Source: a virus (taxonomy: Duplodnaviria; Caudoviricetes). Taken from it: DNA of 64,000 nucleotides. This document shows positions 1 to 8,666 of this stretch, piece by piece. The DNA lies in the IMG/VR virus record IMGVR_UViG_3300012910_000003, positions 1-64,000 of that record. One strand, written 5' to 3'. Below the pieces are notes generated by a model. The model was not told where the DNA came from, searched no databases, and saw only the letters and a program-made list of their open reading frames with translations. Numbering within the stretch: the first letter of the stretch is position 1; each line of letters opens with the position of its first letter. A program made the position numbers and the translations under genes.

Positions 1-108
1 TATTACACGAGGTTTACATTGCCAATTTTTACCATCTTTAGACTTTTTACAATTATGAAAATCATCTAATGATTTCTCCACTTTACATTTTGTACATATT
101 TTTCTCAT
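1..108 (-). CDS. 5' end of a Zn-ribbon HNH/endonuclease VII-type homing endonuclease (runs off window)
   Basis: Manual translation MRKICTKCKVEKSLDDFHNCKKSKDGKNWQCKPRVI: typical KxCxxC...F...DG...CK N-terminal module; own TATCTTTG box at 112-119; not in ORF track. Confidence 0.65.
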   Translation of the reverse strand, partial: MRKICTKCKVEKSLDDFHNCKKSKDGKNWQCKPRVI

Positions 109-153
109 ATACAAAGATAATAAATTCTCTGTATATGAGAAAAGAATTATATT

Positions 154-183
154 AAACAAAGCCCTAATTAAAGAGCTTTGTTT
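154..183 (-). terminator. intrinsic terminator
   Basis: AAACAAAGC...GCTTTGTTT inverted repeat just after the stop of 193..387. Confidence 0.55.
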
Positions 184-192
184 AATTGTTAT

Positions 193-387
193 TTAATCTA
201 TTAATCGCATTACTTTAGTTTTAATTACAAAGGGTTTAAGTACTTTATACTCTCCCCAACCTTGCTCTATATAATGATTTAAATATCCATAATTATCAGA
301 TATTAAACCATATTTAAAAGAATCATCTAAATTCTTAATAACCTCTCCTTCATTAAATAATATATAACTTTTACTACTTACTCCCAT
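193..387 (-). CDS. hypothetical protein, paralog of 834..1016
   Basis: Shared ILFxxGE...SFxY...GxY...F...K..R..D pattern. Confidence 0.6.
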   Translation of the reverse strand: MGVSSKSYILFNEGEVIKNLDDSFKYGLISDNYGYLNHYIEQGWGEYKVLKPFVIKTKVMRLID

Positions 388-393
388 AATTAT

Positions 394-834
394 TTACTTC
401 CATAATCCTTTATATTTTAACTTTAGTAACTTTTTAATCTCTAAAACTTGTTTAGTATCTATTGATATTAAGTAATTATTAATTAAACTCATATTCTCAG
501 ATATACCCATACTACTTGTAACATAAGATTCTTGCCAGTCTTGATATCTACTCTTTATTTTAGTTATAAGACTATGAGAAGTTACTTCAGTAGTTAATAG
601 TATATGAATTGAATGGGAAGGGCCTACTTTAATTATTAAACAAGGATGGTTTAATCCTTTATGATAGCAAATATCTCCTATTTTAAGTAATAATGGTCTT
701 AATTTATTAGGATTCTTTATACTACCTAAAGCATGTTTTACTATTCCTTTAGACCAACTTTGTTTAGTATCAAATATAGAAATTAACTCATCTCTTGTTT
801 TACCTTGAACATCTGTACCTATTATAACATCCAT
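394..834 (-). CDS. hypothetical protein (SH3/PemK-like beta barrel possible)
   Basis: 146 aa in coupled operon; LKIGDI...HPCLIIKV motif. Confidence 0.55.
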   Translation of the reverse strand: MDVIIGTDVQGKTRDELISIFDTKQSWSKGIVKHALGSIKNPNKLRPLLLKIGDICYHKGLNHPCLIIKVGPSHSIHILLTTEVTSHSLITKIKSRYQDWQESYVTSSMGISENMSLINNYLISIDTKQVLEIKKLLKLKYKGLWK

Positions 835-1016
835 TAATCAAATCTTATAAGTTTAATTTCTACAGCAAAATCATGGATAATTTCATAATTACCATTTTCT
901 AGCTTCTTTAATCTTGGGTAAACATTATCAAAATCATGATAAATAAAACTCCCTACTTGATTAGGTAGTAAAATTTCACCCTTTTTAAATAGTATTATTT
1001 TTACATTACTCTCCAT
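834..1016 (-). CDS. hypothetical protein, paralog of 193..387
   Basis: Sequence similarity; overlapping start/stop. Confidence 0.6.
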   Translation of the reverse strand: MESNVKIILFKKGEILLPNQVGSFIYHDFDNVYPRLKKLENGNYEIIHDFAVEIKLIRFD

Positions 1017-1572
1017 TTAACAAACTATTATAATCTGGTGTAAAGAAACCCTCTTTTTCATCTTTATTCTTAAGAATTTTATTAGTAGTTGAATCATATA
1101 TAATATATAAATTATCAACTACTCTATAATAAGTATCTCTACCCTCTTTATGATATTGAGCAATAGTATATAAAGCTTGATCTAAAGTCTTACAAGATTT
1201 ACTCATGTTAGACCTCATAGTCTCATCAAATGCTTCATTAATAATAGAACTATGTCCATTAATACAAGCACCTCCATATACTACTACAAGTAAATCACAT
1301 ATAGCATCTAAAGCTTCTGTAGGATTATATTTATGAGTATCTACAGGATCATCAAACATACAATCTTTATTATCAAAATATTCTTTACAATAATCTGTAA
1401 AATATTTATCTAATCCATAAGCTTCAGCTAATTCACTTAATTCTTCAAATATTAGCTTTAACCTAAGTTTTCTTTTATCTACAGAAGGTATAGTACCTAA
1501 TTCATTAACTTCATCACCAAATACTCTTTGAAATAGAGATACTTGATCTATTTGATTATTGTTGTTGCTCAT
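1006..1572 (-). CDS. MazG-like / PRA-PH family NTP pyrophosphohydrolase
   Basis: LRLKLIFEELSEL, EALDAICDLLVV, SNMSK and KILK motifs. Confidence 0.85.
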   Translation of the reverse strand: MSNNNNQIDQVSLFQRVFGDEVNELGTIPSVDKRKLRLKLIFEELSELAEAYGLDKYFTDYCKEYFDNKDCMFDDPVDTHKYNPTEALDAICDLLVVVYGGACINGHSSIINEAFDETMRSNMSKSCKTLDQALYTIAQYHKEGRDTYYRVVDNLYIIYDSTTNKILKNKDEKEGFFTPDYNSLLNGE

Positions 1573-1858
1573 TACTTTTTAGTTGTTTTAATATGTCTAA
1601 TTCTTCCCTAATATAAAAAAGCTTCTCTTTATGGTTTATAACAGCTCTTTCAAATCTATCTAGCTCACTTTCATGAAATTTAACAGACTTTTCAAGTTCT
1701 AATATAGGATCTTCTTTCTCTAATCTATAAAGATCTAAATAAGAATCATCACAAAAATCTTCTTGTGGTAACTGTTTAAGTTTACTAATTAATTCTGCTA
1801 TAGTTATATCATCAGTATTTTCTAAAGTATAAGAATATTTCATATTTTTTACATCCAT
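1556..1858 (-). CDS. hypothetical protein (coiled-coil C-terminus)
   Basis: ORF in coupled operon. Confidence 0.55.
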   Translation of the reverse strand: MDVKNMKYSYTLENTDDITIAELISKLKQLPQEDFCDDSYLDLYRLEKEDPILELEKSVKFHESELDRFERAVINHKEKLFYIREELDILKQLKSNEQQQ

Positions 1859-2151
1859 TATTTATTCTTGTTTTTAATTGCTTCTTCTAATCTTAATTCC
1901 CACCTAGATTTGGGTTTATTATCAATATGTTGTGTATAAACTTTATTATGATTAACAGCTTTAAATACAGCAGTTAATACAAGTGATACTATCATAACTA
2001 CTATTGAGATAATAATAGACCATAAAGACCACCAATTAAATGGTATATCTTTTACTAAGTAAATTAAAAAACTTACTATTGACCAAATACTACATATACC
2101 TATTGATATATAGCTTAATATTGTTATTATTAAAGATATTACTACTTTCAT
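1858..2151 (-). CDS. two-TM membrane protein
   Basis: Two long hydrophobic segments. Confidence 0.6.
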   Translation of the reverse strand: MKVVISLIITILSYISIGICSIWSIVSFLIYLVKDIPFNWWSLWSIIISIVVMIVSLVLTAVFKAVNHNKVYTQHIDNKPKSRWELRLEEAIKNKNK

Positions 2152-3008
2152 TATTTATTATTTATATAATCTACTATTTGTTTTTGTTTAAAAAATTTCT
2201 TGAATTCTTCTAGTTCCATATTTTTCTTTGTTTTGTAGTGTCTTGAAGCATCATAGTGCTTCTTACACATATCTTTTGCTGTAGCTATTTTATTACAAAA
2301 AATACATTTTTCAGTGACTTTTTTAGGTATAAAAATATTAACCATATCAAACTTTTCCTTTTTTCTAGTTAAAAATAAGTCTTCACAATCTTTATACAAA
2401 AAATCTCTGATTTTTAAACATATTGCATTTCCACCATGTGTTAAATTATATATATTTTTGTTTTTGATTAGTTTTCCTGCTTTTATAGATAACTCTTCTT
2501 CAAACACCTTTTGACATCCTTTTAAAAAATCATTACTTCCTGATAATGTGAAATAAGCATCTGGATTTCTATTGTAATCTTTTTTAGTATATAAAGATAT
2601 ACAACCATCACCATCAAAATAACCTCTAATAAAATGATGCATTAAATACTTTGGTACTTGTTTTTCTGTTGGGAATTTTAATATTAAAGATTTTCTGTCT
2701 ACAACTCCTTGTCTATATAAATCTGTAGATAGTACTCTGCTACAAATTTTGATATATCTTTGGTTTTTACCTATATCTCTTTTTTGTAACTTAATAGGTA
2801 TTTGAAAGTTGGATATGTATTTTGAAAGAAGTTCTAAAATGTAACCATCTTCTTCTTGTAATCCAATAGAGGCTGTGCCTGTTGGAGAATAATTATTACC
2901 ATCACTATAAAACAATCCTAAAAAATAAGCTTTATCATAAGTATTGATTTCTTTAAAATACTCTTCATTAAGAAAATATTTTCTTGTTGTTACTTTATTA
3001 TAATTCAT
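2151..3008 (-). CDS. free-standing double-motif LAGLIDADG homing endonuclease with C-terminal Zn finger
   Basis: YFLGLFYSDG and FIRGYFDGDG motifs, LTRK, C-terminal CxxC...CxxH; start placed at MNYNK (3008) because TATATTTG lies at 3013-3020. Confidence 0.85.
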   Translation of the reverse strand: MNYNKVTTRKYFLNEEYFKEINTYDKAYFLGLFYSDGNNYSPTGTASIGLQEEDGYILELLSKYISNFQIPIKLQKRDIGKNQRYIKICSRVLSTDLYRQGVVDRKSLILKFPTEKQVPKYLMHHFIRGYFDGDGCISLYTKKDYNRNPDAYFTLSGSNDFLKGCQKVFEEELSIKAGKLIKNKNIYNLTHGGNAICLKIRDFLYKDCEDLFLTRKKEKFDMVNIFIPKKVTEKCIFCNKIATAKDMCKKHYDASRHYKTKKNMELEEFKKFFKQKQIVDYINNK

Positions 3009-3116
3009 ATTACAAATATAAACCATAATGTGAATTATTTCTATTTAATTATCTAGTAATTTATTTTTATTTTGTTCTATCATATACTTTATATTTTATA
3101 TTAATTATTTTACTCT

Positions 3117-3124
3117 TACTTTTG
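3117..3124 (+). promoter_or_regulatory. Bacteroidota-type -7 promoter box for the fibre operon
   Basis: TACTTTTG matches TAnnTTTG. Confidence 0.55.
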
Positions 3125-3161
3125 TTATATTAATCAAATCTCAATTTAAATTAAAAAATAA

Positions 3162-5297
3162 ATGAAATTATTTAGAAACTCAATTGGGTCTTTAGTTGCC
3201 TTAGTTGATAGTGAGGATATAGTAGATATCCATAACTATGAAACATCTACTAATACTACTACTTTAACAATACCTGCTGTAAATAACAAAGATATTAACT
3301 TTGTTAATTATGGAGCAGTTGCTTGGACTTTAGCTCCTGATACTAATGAAGGTCTTACTATAAATAAGTCTACTTCTAGTATTACTGTTAATGCAGGTAA
3401 ATCTGTATCTCTTAGGTATGATAGTTTAGCTAAAAACTTTATTATAGCTGGTAGATCTGAAGCTTCTGGTGGAGGAGGTTCTACTAATGCTGAAGATATT
3501 ATATTACCTGTTGATTGGGTAGCTAATCCTTCTGGTGGAGCTGTTACTTTTAGTGAAAATGTTAGTTCTGCTATAGAAAAGTTACAAGGTCAGAATGATA
3601 ATTTATCTACTAATAAAGTAGCTAAAGCAGGTGATAATATGAGTGGAGCTTTAAATGAAGCTAAATCTACTGATATAGCTAGTGGGGCTACTACAGATTT
3701 AGCTACTTCTACTGGTAATTATGTAATTATAACTGGAACTACTACTATAACTTCACTAGGTACTTTACCAGCAGGTTCTAGAAGAATTCTTGAATTCTCA
3801 GGTATTTTAACACTTACTCATAATGCCACTAGTCTAGTATTACCTACAAGTGCTAATATAATTACTACTGTTGGAGATAAAGCTACTTTTGTTTCTATGG
3901 GTGGTGGTAACTGGAAATGTGTTAGTTATATGAGAGCAGATGGTACTGCTTTAGCAGGTGGTGGTGGAGGTAGTTTTAATCCTAACACTGATACTGTTGG
4001 AGCTACTATAACTCCTAATAACACTCCTATTATAGCTAATATGAGTGTTAATGATGCTTTTGAAGCAGCTCAAGGACAAATAACTGCTAGAGAAATTAAA
4101 TCAGTAGATGAATCAATGGGTACTACTGGTACTATTAATTTAGATTTTAATAATAACTCTTTTGATAGTATTACTCAAACAGGAAGTATAACTTTTACTG
4201 CTAGTAATACTACAGGGAGTAAAAAAATTGTTAAGACTATTGTAGTTCAAGGTAGTGGAAATGCTGCCCATACTTTTACTATTCCTGTAGGATGGGTAAA
4301 TCTAAGTGGTGTTTTACCAGATTATAGTAAATTAAACTATATGGAAATCAGCTATGTAGATGGAACGGTTTTTTTTTGTGTAAACAAATATAGTTTGTCA
4401 ACAGTAGGAACACCTCCAACATTAGTCAGAGTAAGTATATTACAAGATTTCCTAAATACAATTGAAATACAATATTCTGCATTATTAGACTCTAGTGTTA
4501 CTCCTCTAACTGCTTGGTATTCTGTAACTGGTAAAACTATATCAAGTATAAGTATATTAAATAATACTGTTAGATTAGTTGTGTCAGTGCCTTTTGCTAT
4601 AACAGATACTACTACAATGGCTTTTACTAATCCAGCTAGTGGTAATGGTATACAAGGTGCTTTAGGAGATAAAGTTGCAGATTTTACAGGACAAGCAGTT
4701 GCTGTTATAATTTATAGAGCAGATACATTTGTTAGAGCAGATAATGCTTCTTCAGCAAATTCTCCTTCTGATGGTGGTAGTAATTATGTACCATTAGCAG
4801 GTACTTGGGGTATAATTAGTAATAAATTGTATTGTGCTTCTGCTGTTAACTCAGGTGTTAATACTCCTTTAATGGTATCATTAGATACAGGTGTACCTGA
4901 TTTCTCTGTAAAATATAATATAACATGGCCTGCTAGTGCAGCAGTTAGTTCAGCAGGTATAGCTGTTAGAGTAACTGATAATTCTAATTATTATGTTGTA
5001 CAGTTTGGTAGAAATAGTGCTGATATGGTACAAGCTTCTGTTTATAAAGTAGTTGCTGGTGTAATAACTCAATTAGGTAGTACACTTAATGTTGGAACAT
5101 TTGCTGATGGTACTAACCAAGACTATATTGTAAGATGTAGAGGTAATCAACTCTCCATGATTTACAATGGGACTGTTTATCAAGCAATTGTAGATAATAC
5201 ATTCTTAACACAGACCAAAATGGCTTTTAGAGTATTTGATGGAGCTGGTACAGCAGGTAACTTAGATAGATTCACTAATTTAACAGTTTCAGTATAA
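3162..5297 (+). CDS. mosaic tail fibre / receptor-binding protein
   Basis: T/G/S-rich; KAGDxMxG and AxxKLQGQ trimeric fibre motifs, Gly linkers, Ig/SwmB-like module and C-terminal ConA-like beta sandwich. Confidence 0.7.
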   Translation: MKLFRNSIGSLVALVDSEDIVDIHNYETSTNTTTLTIPAVNNKDINFVNYGAVAWTLAPDTNEGLTINKSTSSITVNAGKSVSLRYDSLAKNFIIAGRSEASGGGGSTNAEDIILPVDWVANPSGGAVTFSENVSSAIEKLQGQNDNLSTNKVAKAGDNMSGALNEAKSTDIASGATTDLATSTGNYVIITGTTTITSLGTLPAGSRRILEFSGILTLTHNATSLVLPTSANIITTVGDKATFVSMGGGNWKCVSYMRADGTALAGGGGGSFNPNTDTVGATITPNNTPIIANMSVNDAFEAAQGQITAREIKSVDESMGTTGTINLDFNNNSFDSITQTGSITFTASNTTGSKKIVKTIVVQGSGNAAHTFTIPVGWVNLSGVLPDYSKLNYMEISYVDGTVFFCVNKYSLSTVGTPPTLVRVSILQDFLNTIEIQYSALLDSSVTPLTAWYSVTGKTISSISILNNTVRLVVSVPFAITDTTTMAFTNPASGNGIQGALGDKVADFTGQAVAVIIYRADTFVRADNASSANSPSDGGSNYVPLAGTWGIISNKLYCASAVNSGVNTPLMVSLDTGVPDFSVKYNITWPASAAVSSAGIAVRVTDNSNYYVVQFGRNSADMVQASVYKVVAGVITQLGSTLNVGTFADGTNQDYIVRCRGNQLSMIYNGTVYQAIVDNTFLTQTKMAFRVFDGAGTAGNLDRFTNLTVSV

Positions 5298-6139
5298 TGG
5301 GGTCTCTAAATATTAATGAACCAATTTCATATTTATTACAGGGTCAATCTAATGCTTGTGATCCTGAGTTTAGTTTAAATGTACCTTCTGATTTAAGAGG
5401 ACCTTTAGATAGTTGTTTTATATTTGAAAATATAAATAATAGGTGGAGTACTTTACAATGTGGTATAAATTCCAATAATTATCCTCAAGGATATATGGAT
5501 TGGAATAACTTAATTAATAGTTATGGTAATAAATTTAGTATAGAGTTAAGGCTAGGTAAATTATTAAGAGACTATTATAGTTCACAAATTTACCTATTTA
5601 AGTATGCTTGGCCTGGCTCTGGATTACAAAGTAGTAGTCAAGGAGGTTGTTGGAAAAGTAGTTTAGGTACTGATTTATTTTTTAAATCTTTACAATACTA
5701 TAAAACAGCCAAAAGAGATGGTGGTATAACAAATTTATCTCCATCATTTTTAATATGGATTCAAGGAGAGTCTGATAGTACTGCTTTTAGTACTTATGCT
5801 GCTGAGCTTACTACTTGGATAACAGCAACAAGATCTTTATATGGTTCAAATTTACCTATAATAATTGTATCTCTATCAACAGGTCAGACTACTTTAGTAG
5901 CTGGTAATATAACAGGTATGAAGGCTGCTCAAAAGTCTTTAGCTACTACCTTTTATACAGCTAGTACTGATACTTTTGGTACTCAATCAGGAGGTGCTAC
6001 AATTCCAAATGTCTATTATATAGATCAAAATGAGGCCTGTTATACTTTTGCTGGTGCAACAATACATTATTCAGCAGCTAGCTTAGATAACATTGCCTCT
6101 TATGTATTTAAAGTTGTAAAAAATTATATTCTAACTTAA
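5297..6139 (+). CDS. SGNH / sialate O-acetylesterase (SASA) family carbohydrate esterase
   Basis: GQSN, WIQGESD and C-terminal His motifs; coupled to the fibre gene (TAATG). Confidence 0.8.
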   Translation: MGSLNINEPISYLLQGQSNACDPEFSLNVPSDLRGPLDSCFIFENINNRWSTLQCGINSNNYPQGYMDWNNLINSYGNKFSIELRLGKLLRDYYSSQIYLFKYAWPGSGLQSSSQGGCWKSSLGTDLFFKSLQYYKTAKRDGGITNLSPSFLIWIQGESDSTAFSTYAAELTTWITATRSLYGSNLPIIIVSLSTGQTTLVAGNITGMKAAQKSLATTFYTASTDTFGTQSGGATIPNVYYIDQNEACYTFAGATIHYSAASLDNIASYVFKVVKNYILT

Positions 6140-6160
6140 TTAATTTAAATAAATATCTAA

Positions 6161-7657
6161 ATGAAATACTTAATACTTCTTTTACTAAGTTCTTTATCAA
6201 TATCAGCTCAAATAGCTATTAGACATAATAATATTAGTGCAGGATCACCTTGGACAGAAAGATATGTAATAAACAGTCCGTATAATGGTATAGGGACTTC
6301 AGTTGTAGTAGATTATACTAAAGACTCTACTTATATGAAGTTTTTCTTTCCACAATTTTATTATCCTAGATATGCTCAAACTATTGATAATTCAGCACCT
6401 GAAAGTATTCTATCTATTAGAAATGGTGATGGTTTATTAGTTAGACATAGTGTAAATTATTATTCTAAAGGAAAGTCTGATTCTACTTATTTAAAGATTA
6501 TAGACACATTACACTATAATTATAGAATAAATAGTAAGTTTAACAGTCCTACAGGATCTACTTTGCAGTATTTAAAAGGTGATGGTAGTTTAGGAACTTT
6601 TCCTACTTCTAATAGTTCTTTTAGTAATTCAGAAGGTTATTTAAAAGTAGTTGATACTCTTAAATACAATAATAGGATTATACAAAAGCTTAATATTATA
6701 GATACTTTAAAGTATAATTCACGTTTAAATGTTAAACTAAATATACTAGATACTTTAAAGTATGATAATAGGTTAATATCAAAACTTAATAAGATTGATA
6801 CTATTCGTTATAATAGTAGATTAAATAGTAAATTAGCTATTGTAGATACTATTAAATATGATCATAGAATCATTCCTAAATTAAATATTGTTGATACTAA
6901 TACTTATAATAATAGGATTAATACTAAGTTGAATAAAATAGATACACTTCAATATAACAATAGAATTGTATCTAAACAAGATAAACTTTCTGGTACTGGA
7001 TTTGTTAAAGTATCTGGTCCTACTATTAGCTATGATAATAGTAATTATTTAACTACTGAAGTAGATGGATCTATAACTAATGAAATAGAATTACCTAGTC
7101 AAACTAGTCAATCTGGTAAAGTACTTAGCACTAATGGTACTTCTCCTTTATGGATTACAAGTCCTGTAGGTTCTGTTACAAATGTTTCTTCTAGTACTTC
7201 AGAATTAACAGTTAGTAATCAAACTTCTACTCCTATTATTACTATAGTATCTTCACCTAAATTAACTACTAGTAGAACAATTAATACTGTTTCTTTTGAT
7301 GGTACTAGTAACATTAATACAGGTATTAAAGCTTTTCAAGGAACTACTCAAAGAAATGGAGCTTTTCCTATCTTTAAAACAGTAACTGTCTCTAGTGGAA
7401 CAGCAGTATTTCATTTAACTGATGATGGCTTATCTACTGGTAATGCTTTATTTACTAATGGAGTTATTACAGAAAGTATTAATGCTTTTGTAAGTGATGC
7501 TACAGCTTCTTTTCAAATGGGATATGCTTTTAGTAATTCTAATAAGACTTTAACTATTACAGTTAATAAACTAACAACAGCTAATATATTAACTGGTATA
7601 CTAGGGCAAACAGCTGCTAATGGTTCAGTTGTAACTTTACAAGTTTGGGGGTATTAA
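6161..7657 (+). CDS. fibre-like protein with N-terminal signal peptide and 16-aa tandem repeats
   Basis: MKYLILLLLSSLSISA|Q signal; DTLKYNNRxxxKLNxx repeats; QYLKGDGSL and KLTTSRTINxVxFDGTxNI fibre motifs. Confidence 0.65.
   Translation: MKYLILLLLSSLSISAQIAIRHNNISAGSPWTERYVINSPYNGIGTSVVVDYTKDSTYMKFFFPQFYYPRYAQTIDNSAPESILSIRNGDGLLVRHSVNYYSKGKSDSTYLKIIDTLHYNYRINSKFNSPTGSTLQYLKGDGSLGTFPTSNSSFSNSEGYLKVVDTLKYNNRIIQKLNIIDTLKYNSRLNVKLNILDTLKYDNRLISKLNKIDTIRYNSRLNSKLAIVDTIKYDHRIIPKLNIVDTNTYNNRINTKLNKIDTLQYNNRIVSKQDKLSGTGFVKVSGPTISYDNSNYLTTEVDGSITNEIELPSQTSQSGKVLSTNGTSPLWITSPVGSVTNVSSSTSELTVSNQTSTPIITIVSSPKLTTSRTINTVSFDGTSNINTGIKAFQGTTQRNGAFPIFKTVTVSSGTAVFHLTDDGLSTGNALFTNGVITESINAFVSDATASFQMGYAFSNSNKTLTITVNKLTTANILTGILGQTAANGSVVTLQVWGY
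6640..6985 (+). repeat. 48-bp (16-aa) degenerate tandem repeat, about 7 copies
   Basis: DT[LI]xY[ND]xR[IL]xxKLNx[IVL] periodicity in the translation. Confidence 0.85.
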
Positions 7658-7664
7658 AATAACT

Positions 7665-7698
7665 TAAACCCTTAGCTAAAAACTAAGGGTTTATTTTT
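7665..7698. terminator. bidirectional intrinsic terminator
   Basis: TAAACCCTTAG/CTAAGGGTTTA inverted repeat between convergent genes. Confidence 0.75.
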
Positions 7699-7803
7699 AT
7701 AGTTATAACCAATCTTTCTATTTTGGGGTAAATGTGAAATTTATTTTTATATCTTTTTGTAAACTTCCAAAAATTTACAAATCTATTCTGATTACCCCCT
7801 ATT

Positions 7804-8151
7804 TTATTCTTCTTCATCATTACTTAATTTACATTTATCTGATAATAAACTGAAGAACTCTTCACCAAGATTAGTTAACCAAGCTCCATTAATAGAACTA
7901 CCATGTTCAACCATACTATTATGGTCTAATATATTAAATACAAATTCAAAAATAATACTTGGATCTGTGTTTTGAATTAGTTGTTTTATTAGTTCAGCTT
8001 TCTTTTGATAATCTATAAGACTTTCTTTATAATCTTGTTGAATTTTAATTATATTATATAGGAATAACTTTATATCATTTGGTGAACCACATCCACACAT
8101 ACCTATACTAAAATATAATTCATCTAATCTTTCTTCTTTTTCTTGACTCAT
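7804..8151 (-). CDS. conserved phage hypothetical protein (CGCG ... EHGSS..G.WLT)
   Basis: Recurrent phage motif set with a wHTH-like C-terminus. Confidence 0.6.
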   Translation of the reverse strand: MSQEKEERLDELYFSIGMCGCGSPNDIKLFLYNIIKIQQDYKESLIDYQKKAELIKQLIQNTDPSIIFEFVFNILDHNSMVEHGSSINGAWLTNLGEEFFSLLSDKCKLSNDEEE

Positions 8152-8303
8152 TTATTATCTTTCTTTATTCTAAACATATAAATATTTGTGTAACCTCTAT
8201 ATTTAAGAGCAGTTATTTCAATGGCTTTAAAACAATTATGATCTAAAACCTTAGATTGAAACTCACTATCAAAATCTTCCCAACATAATATAGCAGAAAT
8301 CAT
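8148..8303 (-). CDS. small hypothetical protein (51 aa)
   Basis: Manual ORF MISAILCWEDF..., ATGA-coupled on both sides. Confidence 0.55.
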   Translation of the reverse strand: MISAILCWEDFDSEFQSKVLDHNCFKAIEITALKYRGYTNIYMFRIKKDNK

Positions 8304-8467
8304 CTCTTATACCTTTTATGGCTAACATTTTTGTTAGGTTGCCAAGGAGTTTGAGTCTTACTACTACAACTTTGTAATAAACTACAAAACCATATACCAA
8401 ATCCTACTGCTATAGTTATAGCTATTTGTAACATCCAACTTTCTTTGTCTTTATAATTGCTGCTCAT
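8300..8467 (-). CDS. small putative lipoprotein (55 aa)
   Basis: Manual ORF MSSNYKDKESWMLQIAITIAVGFGIWFCSLLQSC...; hydrophobic stretch plus LQSC lipobox-like site. Confidence 0.5.
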   Translation of the reverse strand: MSSNYKDKESWMLQIAITIAVGFGIWFCSLLQSCSSKTQTPWQPNKNVSHKRYKR

Positions 8468-8639
8468 TATCTAATAATTTTAATATTTCTTCAATATTTT
8501 TAGTTGATTTATTTGCTTCAGAAATAACTATTCTTTTTATATCAGGATCATCTAAGTTTAAATCTTGATTAATTATACTAGCTAGATTATAGCTAGGACT
8601 TAACAAGTTTCTTATTTTAGCTTTTAATGTTTCTTCCAT
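8451..8639 (-). CDS. hypothetical protein
   Basis: ORF track; overlaps next start. Confidence 0.55.
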   Translation of the reverse strand: MEETLKAKIRNLLSPSYNLASIINQDLNLDDPDIKRIVISEANKSTKNIEEILKLLDNEQQL

Positions 8640-8666
8640 TGTTTTAATTTGTTTATATTTGTTGTT

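Noticed and set aside
1556-1572. Recurring EQQQ C-termini (also near 8451 and 31436) as a protein motif
   Set aside because: Explained by overlap with downstream ATG-AGC-A(A/G)C starts read in another frame
2314-2514. ORF-track entries 2314..2514, 12070..12312, 23541..23729, 27158..27406, 41511..41714, 44167..44355, 52814..53014, 53570..53767
   Set aside because: Antisense or alternate-frame shadows of well-supported genes, without their own expression signals
2151-3026. Group I intron hosting the LAGLIDADG gene
   Set aside because: No interrupted host gene; the ORF is coupled directly to the downstream gene with no room for an intron core
6640-6985. CRISPR-like array
   Set aside because: Repeats are degenerate, in-frame and protein-coding, with no spacer structure; no array seen elsewhere
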